From Synechococcus sp. (GTDB lineage Bacteria > Cyanobacteriota > Cyanobacteriia > Thermostichales > PCC-7336), in the NCBI GenBank assembly GCA_051439425.1, contig JBFRWD010000057.1:1-21257 (forward strand): a DNA stretch of 21,257 nt. Reading direction: 5' to 3'. The notes beneath the pieces are model-generated. The model made no database searches. It was given only the letters and a program-made list of their open reading frames with translations, and was not told the origin of the DNA. The first letter of the stretch is position 1, and every line of letters begins with the position of its first letter. Positions 9,374-19,538 of this stretch are shown here, piece by piece. A program made the translations under genes and the position numbers.

Positions 9374-9525
9374 AGAGCAATTTGAGTTAAATCATTCCTT
9401 CGCTGTACACCAAAACCATTAGGGTTTGAAGCCTCTTGCTCCCCTATCCCAATGGGGGAGAGGGGCTAGGGGTGTGGGCTTTAGACCGCTCGCAAACGTT
9501 TATGAGTTCATTGGACGATGCCTCT
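9374..9525. repeat. Cyanobacterial REP/SDR-like palindromic element, possibly inside a ~150-bp MITE
   Basis: Core 9438-9479 GCTCCCCTATCCC-AAT-GGGGGAGAGGGGC-TAGGGGTGTGGGC resembles the widespread CCCCTCTCCC..GGGAGAGGGG..GGGGTGAGGG repeat. Weak outer ends AGAGCA...TGCCTCT; boundaries uncertain. Confidence 0.6.
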
Positions 9526-9536
9526 GAAGATGCTTA

Positions 9537-10805
9537 CTACTCTCCGACAAATACTCTCAAACTCCGAGGTAAGCAGCCAATCGCCAGCGGTGTAGTTCCC
9601 ATTAGTTCACCATCGACCACGACTTTTTGGGGTGGCTTGGTACGAAGAACAACTTGTTGCGCTTGAAAGTGAATGGCATTTTCTGACTGAACGCTGGAAC
9701 CAATCGCGGCCGCACCAAACATTTCCAGTAACGTTCTCAGGGCTTCTAGCTTACTGGCGGTAGTGACAATAGTGACGTCGAGCAAGCCGTCGTTAAAGGT
9801 AACCGAACCAATTCCCTGGGCCAATACCGATGTCGGGGGGGCAGCATTGGCGATCGTAATAGCCCCCGCTTGAAACTGCCTCAAATTCCCGTCAATTTCC
9901 ATTTCTAAATCAAATAGCTGCTGTTCGCTGAGCTGTTGCCAACCCGCAAACAGATAGGCCAACGGTCCCCAGCGATTCTTAGCTTCGCGATCTGCTCGCT
10001 CTACGGTCTCGGCTTCAAACCCCACCCCCGCTAACAAGATCATGTGCCGTCCATTCACAGTGGCAGCATCAACATCGCGCAGGTGATTTTTCAGCACAAC
10101 ATCGCAAGCACTTCGAATGGGGGTAATGGTTGTGGGAATGCCAAGTGAGGCGGCAAAAGCATTGGCTGTCCCTCGCGGGATCACCCCCAATGGTATATCG
10201 CTGCCCACGAGCTGGCTGGCCACCTCCGAGACCGTGCCATCTCCCCCGGACGCAATGACCAAATCGGGGCGTAACGAGATTGCTTGCCGGGCCAGTTCAG
10301 CTGCGCTTAGTTCGGGGGTAGTGGTGTGGACGTGCAGCTTCATGTGGGGGGCGAGCTGCTGTCGAATAAGCTGCAGTTCCTGTTGAGCATCCCCCTGGCC
10401 GGAAACGGGATTGAAAATTAGATGGGCAACCCGAGACTGGGCCAAAGTGGTGGCGATCGCTTCTGCTGTTGCCAAGTTGGTGGCCAGCGGAACGTTATGG
10501 ACATTGCACACCCGCAGTAGTGCTTGAATATCGGGTTCGTGGGGTTGCGCGTACAGTGGATCGATCAAAAAAATGACTGCGACCACTTCACCCGTTACCA
10601 ACCGAGCCCCAATTTGTTGATCTCCTCCGACTGGGCCAGACAGCATGGCCTCAATCTCTAACTGAGTCACCTCCTGAATGCGTTGTCCGGTGGTGCCAGT
10701 GGCAATCAGGTGATAACGGGCCAGCACGGGGACATGGCGCTGAGCAAACGCAACGATGTCGTCTTTCTTACTGTCGTGGGCAATCAGAGCAATGGTGGCA
10801 GACAC
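9537..10805 (-). CDS. mgsA: Methylglyoxal synthase fused to a YegS/diacylglycerol-kinase-like domain
   Basis: N-terminal IALIAHD, ATGTTG, SGPVGGDQQIG, PHEPDI; C-terminal IFNPVSG, GGDGT, PRGTANAFA, VVDGE. Likely GTG start at 10805 (TTG 10826 alternative). Confidence 0.93.
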   Translation of the reverse strand: MSATIALIAHDSKKDDIVAFAQRHVPVLARYHLIATGTTGQRIQEVTQLEIEAMLSGPVGGDQQIGARLVTGEVVAVIFLIDPLYAQPHEPDIQALLRVCNVHNVPLATNLATAEAIATTLAQSRVAHLIFNPVSGQGDAQQELQLIRQQLAPHMKLHVHTTTPELSAAELARQAISLRPDLVIASGGDGTVSEVASQLVGSDIPLGVIPRGTANAFAASLGIPTTITPIRSACDVVLKNHLRDVDAATVNGRHMILLAGVGFEAETVERADREAKNRWGPLAYLFAGWQQLSEQQLFDLEMEIDGNLRQFQAGAITIANAAPPTSVLAQGIGSVTFNDGLLDVTIVTTASKLEALRTLLEMFGAAAIGSSVQSENAIHFQAQQVVLRTKPPQKVVVDGELMGTTPLAIGCLPRSLRVFVGE

Positions 10806-10956
10806 GAGTCGTACGTTCCTAGACAACGAAAAATAAGTAAATCAAACCCAATTACAGCGTGTGGCCTAGCTTACAACCGTGGGGGCGATCGCAAGAGAGG
10901 ATACATTACGTGTAGTGTTAAGCGATTATTACGGTCGTTTATCCGCATCCAACTGA

Positions 10957-12621
<1,665 letters not shown>

Positions 12622-12646
12622 TTCGAGCTATTGAGCCATCGAACTG

Positions 12647-12677
12647 CAAAGCCCCTCCAGAAACGAGAGGGGCTTTG
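12647..12677. terminator. Probable bidirectional terminator between convergent pgm and CBS genes
   Basis: Perfect 11-bp stem CAAAGCCCCTC / GAGGGGCTTTG with a 9-nt loop. Confidence 0.8.
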
Positions 12678-12700
12678 TGTCACTGAAGGTTAGAAAACTT

Positions 12701-13165
12701 CTATGCTCCCAATTCAGCCATGGCTCGAACCACATCTCCTCGGGTGACAATCCCCATTAATTTGCCATCGCCATCGGTAACCAACAAGCTATTGATATTT
12801 TTTGCTGCCAGCTTTTTGGCTGCATCGGGCAAAGACACATCGGTAGAAATGGAGAGGGGACGATCGCTCATTACATCCCCCACTGTCTGGCCGAAAACCT
12901 TGTGTAACTCCTTATCGTAGGCACGAGGATTTTTAAGGTAAATCGCCAAGTCCAAAAACATCACAAATGGCCGAGGAGAAACTCCCGATTCTCGCTGCAT
13001 CAAATCGGATTCCGACAGCATCCCCAACAACTTGCCGTCCCCATTCAATACCGGTAACCCTCCAATTCGTTTTTCGGCCAGGAGTTCAACAGCTTCTTGT
13101 AACGGAGTGTCTGGGGTGACACAAATAGGGTTGGCAGTCATTACGTCTGCAACAGTTGGGGTCAT
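12701..13165 (-). CDS. Stand-alone CBS-pair protein (cyanobacterial/plastid CBSX-like)
   Basis: Two CBS repeats, TVADVMT...GLPVL...GMLSESDL and GQTVGDVMS...GIVTRGDV, with insert IYLKNPRAYDKELHK. Confidence 0.9.
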   Translation of the reverse strand: MTPTVADVMTANPICVTPDTPLQEAVELLAEKRIGGLPVLNGDGKLLGMLSESDLMQRESGVSPRPFVMFLDLAIYLKNPRAYDKELHKVFGQTVGDVMSDRPLSISTDVSLPDAAKKLAAKNINSLLVTDGDGKLMGIVTRGDVVRAMAELGA

Positions 13166-13364
13166 GCGATCGTGTCCTGATAGATGAAACCGTCATCCGA
13201 CTCGATCTTAGTAGGAGCCGCAGACTCATTTCCCCACTTCGACACATACTGAAATGCACTGTGGGTGGGTGCCCAAAAGACGAGCGCTCTCCTTGATCGA
13301 ACCAAATATAAGGTGGCGATTGTATGAGGCAACAGTTGTATACCGAGATCGCCCACTGTTATTC

Positions 13365-13400
13365 GCACATGAGCAAGCATTAGCACATGAGCAAGAATTA
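13365..13400. repeat. 18-bp tandem duplication (17/18 identical) including the ribH stop codon
   Basis: GCACATGAGCAAGCATTA GCACATGAGCAAGAATTA. Confidence 0.8.
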
Positions 13401-13961
13401 ATTCTCAGCAGATTGGATAAAGGGGGTAGAGGTATTGGGAAGAGGTACTGCACCGTCCCCCACAGTCCCGTTATTGGGGCTACCAAGCTGAATCTGGGAC
13501 AGCAACGTTGCCATTTCAATTGCATCCATGCCGTAACTCCAGCCCAAATTGCTTTTTACGCCAGCTCGCTCAATTGCCTGTTGCATCGTATCGGTGGTCA
13601 AAATGCCGTAGATGACGGGGACTCCGGTCTGCAATCCAATCGCTGCTATTCCCTTGGAGACTTCACCTGCTACATAGTCAAAGTGAGGGGTTTGTCCTCG
13701 AATGACAGCCCCCAGGCAAATGACGGCATCGTAACGCTGCGTTAGCACCAACTGTCGAGCTGCTAGTGGAATTTCAAAACATCCCGGCACCCAGGCATAG
13801 TCCACTTGGCCGTTGGTCTCGTCAACGTTCACACCGTGTCGCTTGAGGGCATCTTGGCAACCAGCTAACAACTTGCCAGTGATTAGGTCGTTGAAACGGG
13901 CCGTGACAATTGCAAATCGCAGCTCCCGAGCAGTTGTGAACGTACCTTCAAACGTAGCCAT
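13398..13961 (-). CDS. ribH: 6,7-dimethyl-8-ribityllumazine synthase
   Basis: [40 protein letters not shown]; low-complexity C-terminal tail. Confidence 0.97.
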   Translation of the reverse strand: MATFEGTFTTARELRFAIVTARFNDLITGKLLAGCQDALKRHGVNVDETNGQVDYAWVPGCFEIPLAARQLVLTQRYDAVICLGAVIRGQTPHFDYVAGEVSKGIAAIGLQTGVPVIYGILTTDTMQQAIERAGVKSNLGWSYGMDAIEMATLLSQIQLGSPNNGTVGDGAVPLPNTSTPFIQSAEN

Positions 13962-14203
13962 TGGTTTCCTTCTGCAGCAATACAGTCAGTGTAGTGGTTT
14001 GTCAGGCCTACACTCGGAGAGAGCGCTCCTCGGCAAATGCATTGCAGTAAGCCTTTGAAAAGAGGGTTAACCCATCTTCTGGGAGGACCCCATCACGGAG
14101 TCGACCAGTCGATCCTACAGCGCCATCCCCCCACGCATTGGATTTGTCCGTTACCGACCAATCCGGTGTAGACGCTTAACTGAGCAGTGACCGGTTCAAT
14201 CCG

Positions 14204-14242
14204 AAAAAAATTGGCTGCCCCAGCATTGTACTGAGGACAGCC
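14204..14242 (-). terminator. Intrinsic terminator downstream of psbZ
   Basis: Minus strand GGCTGTCCTCAG-tacaatg-CTGGGGCAGCC forms an 11-bp stem with one bulge and one GU pair, followed by AATTTTTTT. Confidence 0.65.
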
Positions 14243-14305
14243 TATTGAAAAGTTTCTAGTGCTGAGTTCATCGTCAATGGCGACACAGCAGTCGAATGCC
14301 AATCG

Positions 14306-14491
14306 CTATGCAAACCGGCTGAGAGCACCGACCAACAGGACTGCAACAACCCAAACAACCGAACCAACCAAAATAACGCTGTTTCCCTTAGAGGAATCGG
14401 TTGCGGAACTGTACAGAACGGGAACTGCAACGACCAGCAAAAGGCTATATAGAACTAGGCCTAACAAAGACAGTTGAAAAATGTAGCTCAC
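14306..14491 (-). CDS. psbZ: Photosystem II subunit PsbZ (divergent)
   Basis: 61 aa, two hydrophobic helices, FQL...[12 protein letters not shown] and GS..W...V..VG; upstream of ribH as in other cyanobacteria; GTG start. Confidence 0.85.
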   Translation of the reverse strand: MSYIFQLSLLGLVLYSLLLVVAVPVLYSSATDSSKGNSVILVGSVVWVVAVLLVGALSRFA

Positions 14492-14610
14492 GACCGAATT
14501 ATCCTAAACGAATATCATCAAGCTACCAGATTCCGGTTCGCCTCGAAGCATCGAGTCTGCACCGAGGCGAGCGCCAACTGCAAACCGATCGGTTTCTGTG
14601 TTGCAATTGC

Positions 14611-15282
14611 TTAGAACTGAGGCTGGTGACGAATCAGGTTCAAGAATTCTTCACGAGTCTTCTGGTCTTCCTTGAATGCCCCTACCATCGAACTGGTGAC
14701 GGTCCAAGAACCAGGTTTCTGTACACCGCGCATCACCATGCACATGTGGGATGCCTCAATGACAACTGCAACCCCTTGTGGTTCCAGAACCTCCATCAGC
14801 GCCTCTGCAACCTGACGAGTCAGACGCTCTTGCACTTGCAAGCGACGGGAGTACATTTCGACGATGCGAGCAATTTTGCTCAGTCCTACTACTTTCTGGT
14901 TGGGAATATAGGCAACGTGGGCACGGCCCATAAATGGCAGCATGTGATGCTCGCACATACTAAACAGGTTGATGTCCCGGACCAACACCATCTCGTCGTG
15001 TCCGACATCGAAAATGGCACCATTCAGCAGCTCTTCCAGAGACTGCTCGTATCCACTGGTCAGGAATTTCAGAGCCTTGGCAACTCGCTTGGGCGTTTTT
15101 AGCAGCCCTTCCCGCTCGGGATCTTCACCCACCCCTTCCAACATTATTTTGACGGCTGCTTCCATCTTGGGGTCAGATTCCGGGTCCCCACTAGCAGAGC
15201 TAAGATCGAGAATCTCGTCGGAAAACTGCTGGGTATTGCTGAGCGAAATGCCGGAACTATTACCGTTTGTTGCCAGAGTCAT
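14611..15282 (-). CDS. folE: GTP cyclohydrolase I
   Basis: [53 protein letters not shown]. Likely ATG start at 15282. Confidence 0.97.
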   Translation of the reverse strand: MTLATNGNSSGISLSNTQQFSDEILDLSSASGDPESDPKMEAAVKIMLEGVGEDPEREGLLKTPKRVAKALKFLTSGYEQSLEELLNGAIFDVGHDEMVLVRDINLFSMCEHHMLPFMGRAHVAYIPNQKVVGLSKIARIVEMYSRRLQVQERLTRQVAEALMEVLEPQGVAVVIEASHMCMVMRGVQKPGSWTVTSSMVGAFKEDQKTREEFLNLIRHQPQF

Positions 15283-15365
15283 TCTGGAGTTACCTCTAAC
15301 CAAAATTTACGACGGTGCACAGTGCACCTGAACTGAACATCGACAGAACTGAACGCTATCGGACC

Positions 15366-16097
15366 CTAAAACGCCCCACCACTAGGCATTAACACCAGTT
15401 CATCCACCACAGCATTGGTGGGCAAGCACAGCGCCTGAATTAAGGTTTCAGCCACAGTGTCTGCATCAAGCATTTGCGAGCGATCGAAATCTGCTTGCAC
15501 GGTGTCGGTATCCCACAAAGGAGTGTTAACGGCACCGGGACAATACGCGGTCACGCGAATACCATCCTTGCTGACTTCCTGACCAAGCGCCTTCGTCAAC
15601 CCCATGAGGCCAAACTTGCTGGCGCAGTACGCCCCCCAGCCCGGAAATGCTTGCTTGCCTGCAATCGACAAAACGTTAACGATGTGCCCGCTTTGTGCGG
15701 TACGCATGCCGGGCAGCACCGCTTTGATGCAAGAAAATGCTGCCGTCAAATTCAGGTCGAGCACTCGCTGCCAATCCTGCAGGGGCGTGTCCGCAATATC
15801 TGCGGTATAGCCCATACCTGCGTTGTTGATCAGTACCTGAAATGGCCCGTGCTGTTGGACAATGCTCGCTAGTTCGGTTGGCAAAGAAGTTAAGTCTGAT
15901 AGGTCAAGGGCGTAGCATTCTGCACTCCCACCATTCCCCTCAATCTCTCGAACCACTGTTGCCAAATCGGACTCGCTGCGAGCTAGCAGAACAACGTGTA
16001 CCCCCAACTGAGCTAATTTTAAGGCAATCGCCCGCCCAATGCCGCGACTGGCTCCGGTAACCAGAGCAGGTCCGGCACCCAGAGGATTCGTTACCAT
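15366..16097 (-). CDS. Classical SDR-family oxidoreductase, probably NADP(H)-dependent
   Basis: TGASRGIG, NNAG, catalytic S...YCASK, basic residue in LARS. Confidence 0.92.
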   Translation of the reverse strand: MVTNPLGAGPALVTGASRGIGRAIALKLAQLGVHVVLLARSESDLATVVREIEGNGGSAECYALDLSDLTSLPTELASIVQQHGPFQVLINNAGMGYTADIADTPLQDWQRVLDLNLTAAFSCIKAVLPGMRTAQSGHIVNVLSIAGKQAFPGWGAYCASKFGLMGLTKALGQEVSKDGIRVTAYCPGAVNTPLWDTDTVQADFDRSQMLDADTVAETLIQALCLPTNAVVDELVLMPSGGAF

Positions 16098-16484
16098 AGG
16101 AAAATTTTCCTTTCAGGAGTAGTCCTAAAAATTCTGCGACAGCCTATTCGCTAGCTGATGCCCTTCTGCCGCGATAGGCCATTCAAAATCGTAACAGACA
16201 TTAAGTTATGTGTCGAACACTCAGGCGATCGCTTTCGATCCTTGTTTACAGAATATTTGCGTGGAGATCGCAAGGTTGCAGCGCTTCAGGAGAGTCTCGA
16301 TCCCTCCAATCCATAGCAATGTGAGGCTCTATCCAATGGCTTGGGGAACTGGGAGCGATTGCTCAATCGCCTGCTCCTACGTCAGCAAATGCTGTTGCCA
16401 TGTGTCTTAAGAACAAGCTCTGCGATCGCGAGAACCTCTTATAATCGGGGCACTTCGCTGCTCTTGGAAGGGAGTCATTACGGA

Positions 16485-16934
16485 ATGGATTCGATAACAA
16501 AGATTTTTAAAGCCCTGTTTGCCGGAATTGGTAACTTTTTCAAAATTCTAGTGGATGGAATCGCTGGAGCATTCTCCGGCTCCACCGTCGACGTGCTGAG
16601 TAAAGATGGCGGTTCTGCCGACGCACCCGCTCCCGCATCCGAGCCCGCGTTTCGCTCTGGTGCTACTCCCATAACGTCCACACCCTCAACGCCTACCCCT
16701 GCAGCTACGCCCTCCACTACTGATACTTCTTCGCCCGCACCAGCCGAAGAAGCGGCGTCTGCAGTGGCAAAGGATGGTCCAATCGAGATTGTTGAAATTC
16801 CCCTGCCCGAAGGAGACGTTCAGTTTGCATCTTTGAATGATGTGAAAGTGCTGGAGCGCCCCAAGCGCCGCCCTGGAGCTGCTCTATCTCCGTTTAAAGC
16901 GATGGTACGCGACATGCAGACCAGCAAGGGTTAA
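16485..16934 (+). CDS. apcG: Probable phycobilisome core-associated linker ApcG (Sll1873-like), 149 aa
   Basis: ATG at 16485 after GGAAGGGAG; amphipathic N-terminus; P/A/T/S-rich disordered middle; C-terminal VQFAS...RRPGAALSPFKAMVR with an FxxM motif, resembling the ApcG C-terminus as I recall it. Confidence 0.7.
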   Translation: MDSITKIFKALFAGIGNFFKILVDGIAGAFSGSTVDVLSKDGGSADAPAPASEPAFRSGATPITSTPSTPTPAATPSTTDTSSPAPAEEAASAVAKDGPIEIVEIPLPEGDVQFASLNDVKVLERPKRRPGAALSPFKAMVRDMQTSKG

Positions 16935-16973
16935 TTCATCAGTCTGGTATTGAGTGAGACCCTAATACCCTGA

Positions 16974-18158
16974 CTAATCGGGGAGTTCGTACTGACCCAC
17001 AATGCGCTTAGCGTATTCAGGTACGTGCTCCTCCAATTTTTTTGGATAGTTACGCTTCACAAATAGGTAATTGCGAGTGAAGTGAGAATCGATAGAGAAA
17101 CGACCGTATTCCAATCCTTTTGGGCCAACTTTCTCAATGACAACCCCCATCAGCTTGGCCGCCCACATCGGTAGGGTAACCCCTTTGTCGTAAGCGGGAA
17201 TGCTTTGTTGAACGGCGTTTTTGCGATCGCCTTTTGACATCACCGGTTGCAGATCTAACTGGTCTTGAATCAGGTCGTACATCTCCTGACCCGTTTCGTT
17301 GCGCACCACCATCCACTGCCAACCAAATGGTGCCCCCATATAGCCCACCACTAAATCTGCGAGGGAGTTGACGTAATCGAAGCAACTCATGCAAGAGGGG
17401 GCAAATACATCCTTGAGCTGATTGGTTTTGAGGCCAAAGAACGGGACTTTTTCTTCTGACCCGTCAGAATGCTTGAAATGCACTCTGAAATCTTGCATAA
17501 ACTCGTAGGCCACTACGGTTTCGGGAGAGCGACTGGTGGTATCTAAGAATTTTTGCAGCCCCTCGCGAGTAACGTTGTCCACGCAGGGAGTGCCCAGCAC
17601 GTACAGCTTCTCTAAACCCAGCTCTTTCTCAACAGCACGTAACGCCTGAATCTGGCAGCCAACGCCAATCGCCAATAATCGTTTCATTCCCGATTCGCGC
17701 ACTAAGTCAAGGATCGACAGATTGGGAGATAGTGTTGGCTTATTTACCCGAGCAGCCAATACCTCTTCCGCCGTTCTGGCAACCACGGGCTTGGGTTGGA
17801 AGCGATCTTCTTCGGTGTTTTGTACGCACACAACTCCTTCTACCCAACCGTTGTCCAGCATGGCAATGGCGATGGAGCTGACAATTCCCGTCCACTGTGC
17901 TCCGGCAATTGGGTCTTTCTTTCTGGCAGCCGTCATGTGGCTGTGGACACCGAAATAGAGTTCCTGTTCGTTCTCAAGGTTTCGAGAGCGGCCGTGGGAG
18001 GTTTCTTCCAGTTCGTCAATCCGCTGAGTGATAAAGGCACAAGCCTCTTTGACGTATTGCACGTAAGAGGTATCGCACAGTCCGCATCGACTGCAAAGTT
18101 CTTTGGCCGGATAGCGGCCGGAGGTGATGGGCTTGGCGGTGTTGAGTTTCGCAGTCAT
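16974..18158 (-). CDS. bciB: Ferredoxin-dependent 8-vinyl (3,8-divinyl chlorophyllide) reductase, FrhB family
   Basis: PAKELCSRCGLCDT, GAQWTGIVS, GVGCQ, GTPCVDN, EFMQDF, CMSCFDY, GPKGLEY; Slr1923/HCAR-type protein. Confidence 0.9.
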   Translation of the reverse strand: MTAKLNTAKPITSGRYPAKELCSRCGLCDTSYVQYVKEACAFITQRIDELEETSHGRSRNLENEQELYFGVHSHMTAARKKDPIAGAQWTGIVSSIAIAMLDNGWVEGVVCVQNTEEDRFQPKPVVARTAEEVLAARVNKPTLSPNLSILDLVRESGMKRLLAIGVGCQIQALRAVEKELGLEKLYVLGTPCVDNVTREGLQKFLDTTSRSPETVVAYEFMQDFRVHFKHSDGSEEKVPFFGLKTNQLKDVFAPSCMSCFDYVNSLADLVVGYMGAPFGWQWMVVRNETGQEMYDLIQDQLDLQPVMSKGDRKNAVQQSIPAYDKGVTLPMWAAKLMGVVIEKVGPKGLEYGRFSIDSHFTRNYLFVKRNYPKKLEEHVPEYAKRIVGQYELPD

Positions 18159-18279
18159 AGGTCAGCGACGATTCCGGAAACAAGCAGCAGCACAGTTGCT
18201 CGTCTTATCGTAAATGCGAAACTCGCGGATTCATAATAAGTGCCCCCATATTCAGCACAAACCGAAATGTCATGACAGG

Positions 18280-18390
18280 TATAGCAATCCGTTCTAAGGC
18301 CTGGAATGTTGAGACAGGTATCATCCTTAATATTTGAGAGGAAAAGTACTTAGGAAACTCTCCATCGCGGATAGACGATCGCTACATTGG
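18280..18390. repeat. Dispersed ~107-bp MITE-like repeat, copy 2
   Basis: ~80% identical to 3405-3513; ends TATAGCAATC...GATCGCTACA (8/10 inverted match). Confidence 0.85.
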
Positions 18391-18432
18391 TTGAGTGCTG
18401 CGGAGTGTAAGCAAACACTTCCATAACTATCG

Positions 18433-18981
18433 CTAGCTCAACGTCGCCTCAACCGGTTGTGTGCGCAAATACTCGGTGTTCACACCCGATTCGCGGGTGG
18501 TCGCCACCAGTCCCGTACGAGCCATTTCTCGAATTCCGAATCCCGAGAGCATTTTGTTGATGGCCACCATCTTGCCGGGGTCACCCGTAACTTCCAGAGT
18601 CAACGACTCTTCCGATACATCCACAATGCGGGCGCGGAACATCTGGGCCACATCCATAATTTCACGACGAGTAGATGTCGTAGCATTGACTTTCACCAGC
18701 ATTAACTCGCGCTGAACGCAGGGAATATGGGTAATGTCTTGCACCTTCAGCACGTCAATCAGCTTGTAGAGCTGCTTGGTGATTTGTTCGACATCCTTTT
18801 CCGTTCCAGGCAAGACAATAATGATGCGCGATATTCCAGGCTTTTCCGTTTGGCCAACCGTCAAGTTGTGAATATTAAAGCCCCGGCGCGCAAACATACC
18901 GGCAATTCGACTCAGCACGCCCGGCTCATCCTGAACGAGGGCCGACAGAGTATGAAGCATTTTAGAGGAGGAATCCGACAT
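18433..18981 (-). CDS. ilvN: Acetolactate synthase small (regulatory) subunit
   Basis: [54 protein letters not shown]; alternative start ATG 18960. Confidence 0.96.
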   Translation of the reverse strand: MSDSSSKMLHTLSALVQDEPGVLSRIAGMFARRGFNIHNLTVGQTEKPGISRIIIVLPGTEKDVEQITKQLYKLIDVLKVQDITHIPCVQRELMLVKVNATTSTRREIMDVAQMFRARIVDVSEESLTLEVTGDPGKMVAINKMLSGFGIREMARTGLVATTRESGVNTEYLRTQPVEATLS

Positions 18982-19243
18982 CAGCTGTTGGGGAATGCGG
19001 GGGCGATCGCTCGACCGGGGGCAGACACACAGTAGGCGATCGGCCGTACGAACAGTGGTCAGCCATTCAATCCAAACCGCGCGCCCAAGGCAAGAGTTGC
19101 ATGTCCTGAAATCTCTGCCGCGGGGCGCGTCCAGAAAGCCTGGTGAAATAAAGCGATCGCTATTGTCTCACTAGAACCGTTCCATGCCCAGCGACCTCGC
19201 AGTTTTCTCCACAAACCCTGACGGTTCCAGGTTGACAGCGTGC

Positions 19244-19288
19244 TCTTGTCCTCTTCCGTCTTGTCCTCTCCTGTCTTGACCTCTCCCG
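19244..19288. repeat. 15-bp tandem repeat x3
   Basis: TCTTGTCCTCTTCCG TCTTGTCCTCTCCTG TCTTGACCTCTCCCG. Confidence 0.85.
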
Positions 19289-19538
19289 TTTGAACTGGTG
19301 TGCATCCACCGCTCGGTAATCGCGGTTAGAGCCTTGCAAGGAGTCTTGAGAGGGAGTCGGGAACGAACAGACGCGATCGACGCACCATCGTCTTAAGCTC
19401 GGGCTCCATACGTCCAGCCAGCACTACCCCCATCATCGTCAAACCTCGGCTCTGGAGTGGAGTCGCTAGCAAACCACGCAATGTGCTCTGCAGGTATTTG
19501 GTGGGTAGTTTTAAAGCAACGTTTTCTTTCAAAGAGTT

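Noticed and set aside
13166..13397. Possible tRNA after ribH, and ORFs 13162-13386, 13226-13525 and 13254-13745
   Set aside because: No cloverleaf or T-loop GTTCRA pattern found; the ORFs overlap real genes and lack motifs.
13962..14305. FMN riboswitch or real 69-aa gene (14093-14302) between psbZ and ribH
   Set aside because: FMN aptamer consensus not seen; the ORF crosses a terminator and has no recognisable features.
14401..16060. Long plus-strand ORFs (14401-15102, 14969-15331, 15474-15872)
   Set aside because: Antisense to folE, psbZ and the SDR.
16341..16484. N-terminal extension of the 197-aa ORF
   Set aside because: TTG start without support; ATG 16485 has a purine-rich RBS and begins the amphipathic helix.
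19244..19288. CRISPR array or pentapeptide-repeat gene
   Set aside because: The units are contiguous 15-mers with no spacers and no cas genes; the LDLSR-like plus-strand frame is closed by stops with no start codon.
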